Of a stretch of DNA of 64,000 nt, positions 49,401 through 61,695 are shown one piece after another; the first letter of the stretch is position 1, and every line of letters begins with the position of its first letter. Below the pieces are notes generated by a model. It was given only the letters and a program-made list of their open reading frames with translations, was not told the origin of the DNA and ran no database searches. A program made the translations under genes and the position numbers. Location: contig NW_003314293.1 in NCBI RefSeq assembly GCF_000143415.4, positions 310,001-374,000 of the forward strand, in the 5' to 3' direction. The stretch is from Selaginella moellendorffii. Taxonomy: Eukaryota > Plantae > Lycopodiophyta.

Positions 49401-52222
49401 ATTGAGTTGCAGGTGTTTCTTGGTTTAGGAGGGGTTATCATTGTTGCATTCTCAGTTCTAGGATCTGTTGGTTTTTTCAGTGCTGTTGGTGTTAAATCCA
49501 CGCTTATCATTGCTGAAGTCATTCCATTTCTTGTCCTTGCGGTAAGCTATTGTTACTTGGTCCGTTAGATTAGAATTGATCAAATGCTGCTTCAGGTGGG
49601 AGTCGACAACATGTGTATTCTAGTGCATGCGCTTAAACGCCAGGAACCTGAACTTCCTCTCGACCTTCGAGTTGGATATGCTCTTGCCGAAGTAGGTCCA
49701 TCTATCACACTCGCAAGCCTTGCAGAGTTCTTAGCTTTCGCTATTGGATCGTTCACGCCCATGCCTGCCTGCCGTGTGTTTTCTATGTTCGCGGGTAAAT
49801 GTTGCAAGTTTCCTGACTTGTACTTACACTCTCTTTGAATGCAGCTTTTGCGATACTCTTAGATTTTCTACTTCAGATTACGGCTTTTGTTTCTCTTCTT
49901 ACTTACGACTTTACGAGAACTGAAGCGAACCGCGTAGATTGTTTGCCTTGTATCAAAGCCCGAGAGCGTGACTACAATGCAGGATACCGTATGTAGTTCC
50001 CATCTGTGCTCTGCTTTTGACATAATTTCATTTTCCAGCGAACCGTGAAGGACTCAGAGGGGAAGGAGGAGCTGGTCTAGTTTCTGTTTATATGCAGGTA
50101 ACGTTTCCGCTTTTTTAAAAACTACTGCAGCGTGTTTGTTTCAGAAAGTGCACGCACCGTTCCTTCTCAAGCCTGCTGTGAAGGCCGTTGTCCTGGCAGC
50201 TTTTTCTGCTCTACTTCTAGTGAGCATCGTAAGTAGATGATGACGAGATTTTTCTTGTTGCTCACGTCTTGGTTATGAAGGCACTTGCTGTAAGGCTTCC
50301 GGCTGGTCTGAACCAACAAATTGTCCTTCCTCGGGATTCTTACTTACAGGTAGTGCGATATGCTGTATGAAATGAATCTATGAACGTTTCTTGCAGGGTT
50401 ATTTCAACAACGTGACAAGTCATTTAAGAATAGGACCTCCTCTGTATTTTGTGGTTCAAGACTATAACTACAGGTTCGCAGTTTTTGTCGTCTAGTTTCA
50501 TCTAATAACTAGCTTTGACTATGCAGCGCACAAAGTAATCAGACCAACAAATTGTGCTCTATCAGTCACTGCCATCCAGACTCACTGCTTAACGAGGTCT
50601 CGAGGGCCGCCCTTACGCCTCAGACAAGCTTCATAGCTAGACCGGCGGCTTCATGGCTAGATGATTTTCTCGTTTGGCTGTCTCCGGATGCATTTGGATG
50701 CTGTCGTACTTTCCCTGACGGCAGTTACTGCCCTCCTGATGACCAGGTATCGTGCTTTCTAGTTTATTTCTATGGTTTGAGAGCTGTTGACTCCGCCAGC
50801 CCCCTTGTTGTCCTGAATGGGAGGACTACTGCGGTTTGAGTGAGACTTGCAAGGACTGCACTACGGTACGTTTTATCTTGCTTTGAAATTTATATTGCGT
50901 GCTCAAATGACATATCTTTATTTTTGTAGTGCTTCCTCCAGTCTGATTTGATCGACGGGCGTCCTACCACTGAGCAGTTTAGAAAGAAACTACCATGGTT
51001 CTTGGATGCGTTGCCGTCTGCCGATTGTTCGAAAGGAGGTCGAGGCGCATACTCCAACAGCCTCAACTTGAGTGGTGAGTAAGATCATCTCTAGTTTTGT
51101 TCTTATATCTCGTCCTTTGAACAGGTTACAAGAATGGAACTATTAGAGCATTTGAGTTCCGCACCTATCATACAGCTCTCAACAAACAAACTGACTATAT
51201 TGATGCGTTGAGAGCTGTGAAGGACTTCACCGCTCGCGTGTCAAAGTCACTAAACGTGAGTACTTACAACTTTAAGTTTTCTTTTTTCTTATGAATGTTC
51301 GTGTGCAGATATCAGTTTTCCCATATTCAGTTTTCTATATTTTCTTCGAGCAGTACTTAGACATATGGAAGAACACACTGATCAGCCTCGTGCTCGCAGT
51401 TGGTTCGTAGTTTCTGTGGCTTGCTTGGTATAATCTAACTGTAGCAATTGTGAATTTCAGCTGCCGTATTCCTCGTCTGTCTAGTTGTGACCACCAGGTT
51501 CGTGATCAATCACTTTTCGCAAGGTCTAAAACGTTTTTCTGGAATTTTTTTCTTCTGCAGCCTAGCTACGGCAGGAATCATCCTTCTCGTCATTTTAATG
51601 ATAGTCATCAACTTACTCGTAAGAACTCGAAGTGAAAAACTCTCGGTTGTTTCATAACGCGATGAACTTGTGAGTCACAGGGGCTCATGTCAATCTGGAC
51701 CATTCAGCTGAACGCTGTCTCGGTCGTCAATCTCATCATGTCCGTGGGGATTGCCGTGGAGTTCTGCGTTCACATCACGCACGCATTCTCGGTTAGCACA
51801 GGCGATCGATCAATGCGAGCAACAAAAGCTCTGACAACAATGGGAGCCTCCGTGTTCAGGTCTGGTAAAACATTGTCACTGCTTTGTTTGATCTTTTTTC
51901 TTGGTTACTGCAGTGGGATCACCTTAACCAAACTCGTCGGAGTCGTGGTTCTCGTCTTTGCTCGCTCGGAGATCTTTGTGGTAACGATTTAAACCTTGCT
52001 TTTGGTTGATTTGTTCTAAGCTTGGAGTTCTCAGATCTACTACTTTCGAATGTATTTCGGATTGGTGGTTTTGGGATTTCTCCACGGCCTCGTCTTTCTT
52101 CCAGTGAGTCGAGATTATTTCTTCTTCTTCTTCTTTGTTCTTGGTTCTCACGCAAGAACTTTTTTTCTCTCCAGGTTCTCTTAAGCATTTGCGGTCCACA
52201 ATCAGTAAGCGCTATGGATTGA
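46460..52222 (+). CDS. NPC1: Niemann-Pick C1-like sterol transporter (patched family), roughly 35-40 short exons
   Basis: Signal peptide; N-terminal [41 protein letters not shown]; sterol-sensing domain [18 protein letters not shown]; [14 protein letters not shown]; [26 protein letters not shown]; [10 protein letters not shown]. Confidence 0.96.
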
Positions 52223-52364
52223 TCAAAGCAAAGAAAACGAGCTTTTGTACATTTGATAGAATTCACTAAGTTAGAATAAACGAGTGAAAAAGTCCGTTAG
52301 CGAGCTGTGGTATAAAAGCTTCTAGGGTTTCGCGGGTAGGGCAGGGAGCGAAGGAGGAGCGACG

Positions 52365-54256
52365 ATGTGCGCGCTCGAGAATCCGGGGGCGGCGCTGTGC
52401 GATCACGTCCAGCGCCATGGCCTCCAGGGCCATCTCTTCTCCGACATCACGGTTTGCTTCCAGAGCAAGGATTACAAGCTCCACCGGATCATCCTCTCGC
52501 AGAGCCTCTACTTCAAATCGCTGCTGTCCGGGCCCTGGAAGGAATCCGGTAAGCCGCGCGTGGAGCTCAAGATTGACGATCACAATGTGACGGTGGAGGG
52601 ATTGGAGATCGCGTTTGCGTACTTGTATGGAGTGGCGCCGGCGTTTAGCAACGAGAATGCGGTGGGCGTTCTTGCGGCTGGATGCTTCCTGTGCATCGAG
52701 AATTTGTGCGAGCAGTGCGTCCAGTTCATGGTGAGTGATATCAGAGTGGAGACCTTCCTGGCTTATCAGCAGCTGTCGGAGCGGCATTGCTATGGACACC
52801 ATGCCGAAGGAATTCGCGATGCCTGCTGGAGCTACCTTTGTTTCCATGCTGCTCGAGAGCTCTCCCACGTACTATCCAAGCTTTCTCTTCCGGTAAGTCG
52901 TGTTTCTTCCTTCCTTTTGTATGTCTTTCCCGCTAGAGCATGTTTTGAAAAGTTTTTGTGGTTTGTGAAAAGTTCTGATGGATTTTTTTTAATCAGCTGC
53001 TTTGCCGGCTACTAAAGTCTGACGAGCTCTGGGTGACGAACGAGTCGGAGAGATACAAGCTTGCGAAGCAGGCTTTGGTAGACTGGAAGCTTTCGCGGAG
53101 AACTTCCAATGTGGAGGGTGGATCGTCAAAGAGGCAGCGGGTTGCAAAGTCGAACTCCGCAAGGAAGGCCGCCAAGACAGCCTCGGGCAAGAGCAAGGAC
53201 AAAGGCAGCAAGCCAAGCTCCAAGGACAAAACCAAGAAGAAAGGCGAGGCCTCGAGCGAGCAGAAAGCCGCCTCGTCGCAGCAAAAGGAGGATTTGAGCT
53301 CGACCCCGCTAAAAATGTTGAGAAGGCTCTGGGACGAAGACGCGGCCGAGGAAGCAGCAGAGGTTTCATCAAAGGACGGGTTTGAGATGGTGATGGACTT
53401 GTTCTGCGGTGGGGGCATCACCTTTGCTTACATGGACGCCAACGAGGGGCTCCAGGCGAGAAAAGAGCTCGAGGACGCCAACATGCCGACGGACGTCGTC
53501 AACGACGCGATATGGCAGAACGTTTTGCTCAAGACCCGGGTGCTCGGAGGCACACCTTGCGAAGAGGAAGAAGAAGACTCCGACTCCTCCGAGTCGGGCG
53601 TGTCCGGCAGCTCCTCCGAGTCGAGCGAGTCGGACTGGAGCAGCCCGGACGAGGACGAGGCCGGCAACGCGAGCAGCGGCGGTGAGGACTCCGGCTTGGA
53701 CAGGGCAGCAGCGAGCAGTGCCGCGACGCTGGTGCCTTTCTCAACCGTGGACGAGTGTTCGTTCGATGGCAAGAGGAGGAAGAGCACGGGGGGATTCAGC
53801 TGGTCCGCGAAGCTCCACAGCGGGATGCAGATGAGCGACTTCCCGCCGTTTCGATTCGGGACGGAGTTTACGTTCACGGACAAGGCGTGGTACTGCTCAA
53901 ACATCGAGAAGGACGTGTTCTTCGGGGGCTCGAGGTGGAAGGTGACGATGTCGTGCACCGGGGACGAGACCTGGTGGGTTGCGTTGCACTGCCGGCCATG
54001 CACGTATCCCTTCCAGCCGCATATGTACGTGGACCAGCGAAAGGTGGTGCGCTTCGCCGCCAAGCTTTTCATGCGGACGTCGAGCGGGCTGCAGTGCGTG
54101 ACGGGGACGGGGCAGAGGAAGTGCAAGTCCCACGTCGGGGTCACCTTGAGCGCCAAGGACATTCCGAAAGACAAGCTCTTCCGGGTGGTGGCGGCGGTCC
54201 AGCTTATGGAGGACGAGAGCAAGGCGAAGACGCAGGCCAAAGACGAGGAAGCTTGA
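52365..54256 (+). CDS. BTB/POZ(-BACK) protein, germ cell-less (GMCL1)-like; exons 52365-52892 and 52997-54256 (about 595 aa)
   Basis: SDITV..LHRIILSQS.YF.SLLSGPWKESG..ELKIDDHNV..E.L.IAF..LY is a GMCL-type BTB. BACK-like LLKSDELWV.NE.ERY; C-terminal PPFRFGTEF. Confidence 0.85.
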
Positions 54257-54688
54257 CAGGCTGCTGCGCTTCGAGATCCTCCTCCTCGTCTGGATCCCGG
54301 CCAGCTTCCAGCGGAGCAAATAATTTTGAGGTAGACATCCAGCCCTTCTCTTTTCGTTTTTTCGTTTCCAGTCGCTGCTTGTTCATACCGTGGTACATGG
54401 TTGTTTTAGTGAGAGGTGATGAAGAACACAACGCGGCTAGCTGCAGAGATTTTTATTTTGGCGAAGCATTCAAACGGTAAAGCTTCACGAAAACGTAGGG
54501 AAAAATTATTTAGCCTCGACTTTCTTCATGTTTTAACACCTATAGCTGTTAGTTTGTAATTGCATAGAAACGTTCCACTCACAGAAGAAGCGAGCTGGCG
54601 AGTACTCGCGATTCCGGAGCGACGAGTTTGCTACGCGGACAAAACGAGAAAGAGTACACAGGTAGAGCACGGAACAAGGTTTGGTTCT

Positions 54689-57321
54689 CTATTTCATGGG
54701 GGACCTGATGAACAGCAACGCAGCACCAGTGATACCACGCAGGACCAACAGCCGCGAGTCGACGTAAGTCGCACAGGCGAGCTTGGACACTGCAAAGATC
54801 TCTTTTGGGAGCTGGAGCCGGACCTCCTGCACGATCCGGCGGGCCCAGTCTGCGTCCGGCAGGGCCTCCTCCAGCTCCATGCCGATGTCGAACTCGTCCA
54901 CGTCCAGCCGGATGATGGGGAGTGACTTTGGCGCGTCCTTTGGGAGGAAGTGGCCCAGTCCTTTGCGCTTTCTGGTTGCCGAGCTCTCCACTTCTCGCAG
55001 CCTCTCCAGCGCCGGGCTCTGGTCGATGACTTCGGTGTCCGTTTGGTAGAGGCGCTCGCCTTGCCGGAGCTGGATGTTTGTGGCGTTGATTTGGATCCGG
55101 CCGCTGTTTCCAGACTTGTCGTGAGGCCAGTTTGTGTCGCTCGGGAGCACTGTGAAGGTCACGTCCACTGTTGAGGCGAGAGTTTGGCTTGTCACGGAGA
55201 TGGTTTGCATTACGTCTTTGATGAGAACTGGCGGAGAAGCCTGTTGGAGAATGAGACGAAAGTTACTTATTGGTTGGAATGAGAATGAGAATTTCTTACC
55301 TGTCGCGTTGTAAGTCCAATTTGCCTGCTTGTGTGATAGATGAGCCTCCATTTTCCTGGTAGCGTTTTCATCCAATCCTGTAGATCAATATCAATATCAA
55401 CTTTGACTGGAGCTCTGATCTTTTACCTCGCGTCTTGTCGTGAAATTTACTCGTTCTAGAAGATCAATGAGTTGTGCTAGCCTGTTTCGCTGGTAGCAGA
55501 GAAACGATTGTTTTAGAAGATATAAAGATATAAATTGTGAGTGTACCTGATGAGTCATGTAAATGTATTCTTCTACAATTCTGATCGCAGCGGAGCCTAG
55601 ACTCCAGCGTATCATATCAATGGAGGAATTCACTGGCCACCTTGGTCCACACAGAAACGGATGCCTTAATGCATCTGTGCAACTGTCGTAAACACGAAAC
55701 AATTATAAGCCTATCTTCGTCGTTCAAAAGAGATGGTCGAGACAAAGGTACCTGATTCGGTTTCCAGGATCAATGGCAAGCATGGCTGCTAACAAATTCC
55801 AGCCAGCGCCACCATCTCTATCGAGAATCTACAAAAAGAAAAGAAAAAGTTTTTAACCAGAGATAAATTATCCGGCTCAAACCTGTAAGCCTGTGCTTCC
55901 AGAAGGCGATTTGGAAAGTAAATGGGGGAGGAGGAACTCACGGAGGCCTACAGGATCATGGCCCTGTATTAAACAACGCGGGGTAAGAGCGTTTCTCACC
56001 GTAGAAACGAGAGAACCTTTCTAAGAAAGGTTTTGAAGTGAGAAAAAATTAAAGGATCCATGAGTTCCCGAAGGACCATTCGTGCCATCACATAGCCTAC
56101 GCATCTGTACTTTTTCACGTTAACCTTCAGGTTTCTAAAGAAAAAGCCTTTACCTTATGTCATAAGCGATGATTTGCTTGCGACGATTCTTGAGCTGACT
56201 CCCAGATGGCACAGTAACTTGATCATCAACTTCGGAAAATTCTACTGCATTTGCTAAAATTCCAACCTGTGCATTCCAACTCTTGGTTAAATTCCCATCA
56301 CGAAAGCTACTTGCCTTGACGTGCCTATCGGCCGCACTAATGTGAATATTGTTCAATCGTAATTCAGTGTGAGCAAGACCTTGGCTATGTAAGTAGTTTA
56401 CCTACAAACAGCCGATTAGAAGCAACGAAAAAAAAAACCATGAAATCAGAAGCTTACCCCGATTAAAATGTCGCGCATTATCATTCGAACAAGTCGAAGT
56501 TGTCGAGTCACCTCCGGGCCACCAGTTGTATGATCTCCCACTCTTCGAGCAGCTTCCTCGCCGAGTGCAAGCCTTTGCTCGAGATTTGGCAGCCAGTCCA
56601 CACAAAGTAGCCATTGGTGTAAAGAGCATCCATAGTACTGCAAAGAAAACTTTCTTCGTCAAGAACAACGGAGTGAGAAATTATCGAAGAACTTACACCA
56701 TGGACAAGCGTTAGAGAATCTTGGTCGGACGACGGAATAAAGCCATGCACTCGTGTCGCATAAGAATGAAATATATCTTGCTTACAAATCAGTTTGGAGA
56801 CTATCTGAAAGGCTGTCAAAGATTTTTTTCTCGAGCGACAAAGAAAAGTACTGACCTCTAAAGCTCGTTTTCCTCTACGCTGAGCTCGAGCACCGGTTAA
56901 TTGCCTGAGAACCACTCGCATGCCTTTCAAGTCACTGCCAAAGAGATCTTAAGCTTCAATTGCCAGAAAATAAAATCACGAAGTGAATCAACCTGCTGGG
57001 ACTTTGCACCACTCCTTCAAACAAGAGCTCATCGCTCTAAGAAAACCAAACCAAAGTTCTTTAAGTCAGAAAGAAGACTACCATTAAAACAATACTCACT
57101 CTCCCTGACAAGCCGATGCTAACGTGAGGACAGAGCGAAAAATCCGAGAGCTTGAACTCCTTGTAGCTCGCCGGACTCGCTTCAGCCGCATTCTTGGAGG
57201 AGCAAATGATAGATTTCGATCGACGTCCAATTGACGCGCACCCAGCTGATCCCAGCGATGACATCGGCGTCAAAGGCCTTGGATCACGCAGCCAGAGATC
57301 AGCGCGGCTAGAGATCGCCAT
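54689..57321 (-). CDS. ORG1: Plastid protein kinase-fibrillin fusion (FBN11/PAP14/ORG1-like); multi-exon
   Basis: Transit-like N-terminus; FKLSDF.L..HVSIGL.GR; VVLRQLTGARAQRRGKRALEV; NIHISAADRHVK; ALRHPFLCGPRW; C-terminal fibrillin-like TYVDSRLLVLRGITGAALLF. Confidence 0.85.
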
Positions 57322-57409
57322 GCCGCGATCGATCCAGCTGACCTAAAACAAAACAGAGAAGCTAACGTGTGTATATGCACATTTGATATTTCAAAGCACC
57401 CAATGCGAC

Positions 57410-57551
57410 ATAGCCACGTGGAAGCTTACACAGCACGCGCCAGCGTAGGCCAGCCACGGTATGCCACGGTTCTGCCACCTGGGATTACATGCCACCCTAA
57501 GGCCACGTGGATATCTGACACGCGTCAGAGGATCTCTGCTAAACACGTGGC
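57410..57551. promoter_or_regulatory. G-box/ABRE cluster in a divergent promoter
   Basis: CACGTG at 57415, 57504 and 57544 (all CACGTGG), plus ACACGCG and GCCACGGT x2, within the 258 bp between the head-to-head ATGs. Confidence 0.65.
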
Positions 57552-57579
57552 AGCATTATTTTAGGGTTCTAGTACAAGA

Positions 57580-59460
57580 ATGGCCATGGTAGCGCGCATT
57601 TGGTCTTCATCTCTATTTCCAAAGGCGCTGTCCAAGAAATCGGCGAGGTAACTGCATTGGAGAGAAGAAGAGGATCAAGATTTGGAGGTGTGACTCTCTT
57701 TTAGGCAGATCTTGCTCGCAAATGGCGTCGTCCCAGCAAGAGCATTGCTCCACCAAGCAGTCGTCGCTACTCCCTGGCTGCGCGGATTCCAATGGCACCT
57801 CGCTCTTTGCAAAAATGTTCGCTACAACAGCTGGTAAGTGCGTGATTGTCTCGATCGAATGTTTTTTCTTCTTGGATTTTCTTCTTCAAGCAAGGAGATA
57901 ATTTTCTTTCTTCTCTTTGCTTTTTCGGTAGCAGCTTGTTCTTTCTTCTTTTCTTTCTTCTCGTCTCAAGTATTTTTGTTTTGTTCTCCTGAGGAGCGTG
58001 ATTGTCTCGAGCGAAGTTTTCTTCTTCTTCGATCTTCTTGTCGAACAACGATTCCTCTTGCTTTTTCATGGCAGCTTGTTCTTTTCTTCTTTACTTTCGT
58101 GGTGCTCGTCTCATGTTTCTTGTTTTGTTTTCCTCAGGAGCTGGAAACTATCGGAGTCTTCCGGCACAAACTAGTACAGGCGATTTAACCGTCTCGTCCC
58201 TCGGACTAGGAACATACCTCGGTCCAGAGACCGATGTCGCCGATGAAGAGTACAAAAACGCTGTTTTGCGTGCTCTGGCGCTCGGGATCAATGTGCTTGA
58301 CTCGTAAGTTTGATCGCAACATTTTCATTTCGATCTTCTCCTGATCGATGCTTTGCCTGTTCTGTGTAGAGCGATAAACTACAGGAACATGAGGAGCGAG
58401 AGAGCCATAGGACTCGCTCTTGCTGAGGCCGTGTCCCGGGGAGTGGTAAAGAGAAACCAAGTCGTGGTTTGTACCAAGGGTGGCTTCTTAAGCTTTGATA
58501 CAATCCGTCCTCCAAATCCTCGGGGCTGGATCGAAGAAAATTATGTCCGGCCTGGTATTTTTGCGTGGGAGGACTTCGTGGCTGGCTGTCACTGCATGAA
58601 ACCAGAATACATCAAGAATCAGGTTGGAAGTTTTATGTATCTAGAACTTGACTCCCCTTTTTGTTTTCTTCTTTTGTTTTGTAGCTAGACAAGAGTCGAG
58701 CCAATCTGGGCTTAGAAACCATTGACGTTTACTACATCCACAATCCAGAAACTCAGCTCGGGGAGGTGTCCCGTGAAGAGTTTTACAAGCGGATCAAGGC
58801 TGCGTTTACGGTGCTGGAAGAAGCTTGTAACGAAGGCAAGGTTGGGATCTATGGGATCGCAACATGGAATGGATTTCGAGTTCCACCCGAGTCGAAGGGC
58901 CACCTTTCACTGGAAGAACTAGTTCGCGCTGCGTATGAAGCTGGTCAGTCGTTTCACTTGTTTGTAATGGTTTTTGTTCTGATCAAAGGTTTTTTGCTTG
59001 TTTTCCAGGAGGAGAAAGACACCACTTTAAGATCCTTCAGCTCCCATACAACATGGCGCTTCAGGAAGCAGCGAATAGCCAAACGCAGCTCGTGCAAGGG
59101 ATCAAAATGACATTGTTGCAAGCCGCGAAAGAGCTTGGTATCTCAGTCGCGACTTCAGCATCGCTGATGCAGGCAAGTTCTCATGGAAAAGCTTGCACTT
59201 TTTCTTCTCTTTTTTCTTGCTTCGGTTCTTATAATGGCTCGTTTCGTTAGGCAAAGCTTTGTAACTCTATCCCGGCCGAGGTCCTCAAAGAATTCTCCCA
59301 AGGTGACAAGACGCTCACTGGCGCTCAGTGTGCCTTACAGTTCGTGCGAACCACGCCAAACGTTCTTGTAGCACTCGCGGGCATGCGCAGAGTAGAGCAC
59401 GTCGAAGAGAACGCCAAGCTCATCGAGCTTTCGGCGGAGCCCAGCACACTTCACAATTGA
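57580..59460 (+). CDS. Aldo-keto reductase of prokaryote-like uncharacterised type, with organellar presequence; about 7 exons
   Basis: VSSLGLGTYLG, GINVLDSAINYRNMRSE, VVCTKGG, LGLETIDVYYIHNPE, GKVGIYGIATW, QLPYN, ALQFVR..ALAGM..HVEEN. Catalytic D/Y/K/H are all present. Confidence 0.9.
57840..58141 (+). repeat. Diverged ~150-bp tandem duplication forming AKR intron 2
   Basis: GCGTGATTGTCTCGA at 57840 and 57996. Both units contain GCAGCTTGTTCTTT and end TTGTTTTGTT.TCCT(G/C)AGGAGC. Confidence 0.85.
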
Positions 59461-59512
59461 AAACACCATGTCTTCGGTATGTCTTGAACCGGAATTATAT
59501 TTCTATCGCAAG

Positions 59513-61364
59513 CTATAGCGTGGAGACATTAACTTTGATACCATTCACCATTGCTAACACCATGAGCAGCCTGTAGTGGACAACGTGATCCTTCACTAGC
59601 TCAAAGTTAAAGAACCTCATGAGCATCGCGGCAGTGATCTTGGCCTGCAAGTAAGCGGCATCCTTTCCCAAGCAAATTCTCGGCCCGGCCTGGTAGAGTT
59701 TTCAAGTTTTAGTCGTGATGAACTAGAGATAAAGAGAGATCTCTCATACCTGGAATGCGGTGTAGACGAATGGTGATTGAGGCTGGTATTCGGAGTTTTT
59801 AATCCACCTCTCCGGCTTAAACTCTAGAGCGTCAGGTCCCCACAGAAACTCCATTCTTCCCATGGAGTATTGCACGTAAGCCACAGAATCCCCACGTTTA
59901 ACTTTAGTCCCGTCCGGAAGAACATCATCGTTGGCTGCATACTTTCCATCCTGGAGAAAGCTCAAGTTAGTCAGCTCTTTACTGGTGTAAAGAAAGCTTG
60001 GTGGGACTTACTCGTGGTACCGGCGGGTATAAACGAAGAGTCTCGCTGATGCACGCGTGCAAGTAGTGAAGCGTGCGAAGATTCTCAGTGGAGAGGAGCT
60101 GTGCGAAGGCACTGAAAGTGAGTGTGTTGCTCTCACTCCCAAAGGTCCGGTCTAACTCGAGGCGAATCTCTTTGGCCACTCGAGGATTGTTGCAAATGCA
60201 GTAGATAAACCAGGACAAAGTGATGGCCGTCGTGTCTCGTCCAGCAATTATGAAGTTGAGGATGGCGTCACGAAGCTCTCTGTCATGATACGCATCGCTT
60301 GCTCCAGTGGAAGTCATGAATCGGGACAAGAGGTCCTGCCTTTCCTGGAAGACAAACCTGTAAGAAAAAGTCTTATTTGGGAGGAAAAAACTTACGTATT
60401 CCTTGCCAGATTTCTCGCAGGCTTCAATCTCTTGTCGTCGGTTTTCGATCACCTGGAACGTGAATGAGTCCAGTACCTGGATCTGGTTCTTTAGCTCCCG
60501 CTCAGAGCCCAGGTTGAGAGCTCGTAGGATTTTCCACACTGGCCCGATTAAGCGACGCACGATCAGCTCGTTAACTCGGTCGAAAGAAGCTGCGAAGGGA
60601 ACTGCTGGTAAGGAAGGTGACAGAGTGTTTAGTTCCACTCCAAACGCAACCTCGCAGATAGAATCTAATGTCATTCGCATGGATATGTCCTGCCAAAGGA
60701 AAAAAAAAATTAAAAAAAGCTTGAGATTGAAATACTATTTCTCTCATAACCATACCTGGAAGTCGAAAGAGGTTTTCTTGCTTGCAATATTTTCCAACAC
60801 TTCCATCATTCTCACAGCAGCCTTCCTGAAAACTTGGCCACTGTACTCGTTCACCTTCTTGGACGAAAATTCGTAGCTTGCAAGTTTGCGGTGCCGTTTC
60901 CACATCTCCCCGTCCGAATTGAAGATTCCATCTCCCATAAAGTCGTAGTTCCTGGCGTGCGAGACACGTCCCTACTCACCATACCGCAAGTAAGAACTTG
61001 AATCAGTAAAAACGAATCATACCTTGGGATAGTTAGCAAAATTTGTCTTGAGAATGTGCTCGACATTGGCAGGGTCGACCGTGAGAATGTTGTAGAAGGT
61101 CCCCCAGTCCACTGCAATCGTCCTACACTCGCTGCTGAAATAGCTAAGGAACCAGTCGTGAAGCACTGGGAAGTTCTTCACGACTTGGAAGTAAGAACCG
61201 ACCAGAGGCCATCTCTTTGGTCCCTTGTGATCTCTTTTCTCCGCAGAAAGAAGCACCGCGAGGAAGACCGCAGCAGCAATTCCTGTGATGAAAACCAGAG
61301 GATTTGGATAGGAAAGACCTTCGAAAACGCCGCTGATGTTACGAACTTCGTCGGTGGAGTTCAT
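59513..61364 (-). CDS. CYP704: Cytochrome P450, CYP86 clan (CYP704 family), likely fatty acid hydroxylase; multi-exon
   Basis: N-terminal TM helix; GPKRWPLVG; [18 protein letters not shown]; [23 protein letters not shown]; [10 protein letters not shown]; ETLRLYP; FKPERW; heme motif [11 protein letters not shown]. Confidence 0.92.
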
Positions 61365-61695
61365 GGCCGTGAGGGAGTTGAGGACGGAAGTGAAATGGAT
61401 GGATCCCTCCCTCTTAAAGAGTGGTGGTAGGCAAGCCAGCAATACTGGGCTTAATCGCACTGATGGAGTTTTGTCGAGTGCGCGACAAAGTCCACGGCCT
61501 ACAAAATCACAGTGTGAAGCGCGATGCAGCAAGTGATATAGAACAATACCTTGGAAGAAACCGCGATCTTACCGAAACTAAAGCCATGAAACTTCGTTTC
61601 ATTGAAAACAAGACAGACTCCGCGTCAGCTTTAGAAAAACAGGACTTATCGACGAGAAAAATATATAAAACATTACACGATGGAAAAACAAGAGA

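Noticed and set aside
53428-54480. 270-aa antisense and 241-aa alternative-frame ORFs over the BTB gene
   Set aside because: Shadow ORFs in GC-rich coding DNA.
46460-61364. Lipid biosynthetic gene cluster (NPC1, FBN11, AKR, CYP704)
   Set aside because: No signature scaffold enzyme, unrelated genes are interspersed, and the products act in different compartments. Only the FBN11-AKR promoter link is kept as a finding.
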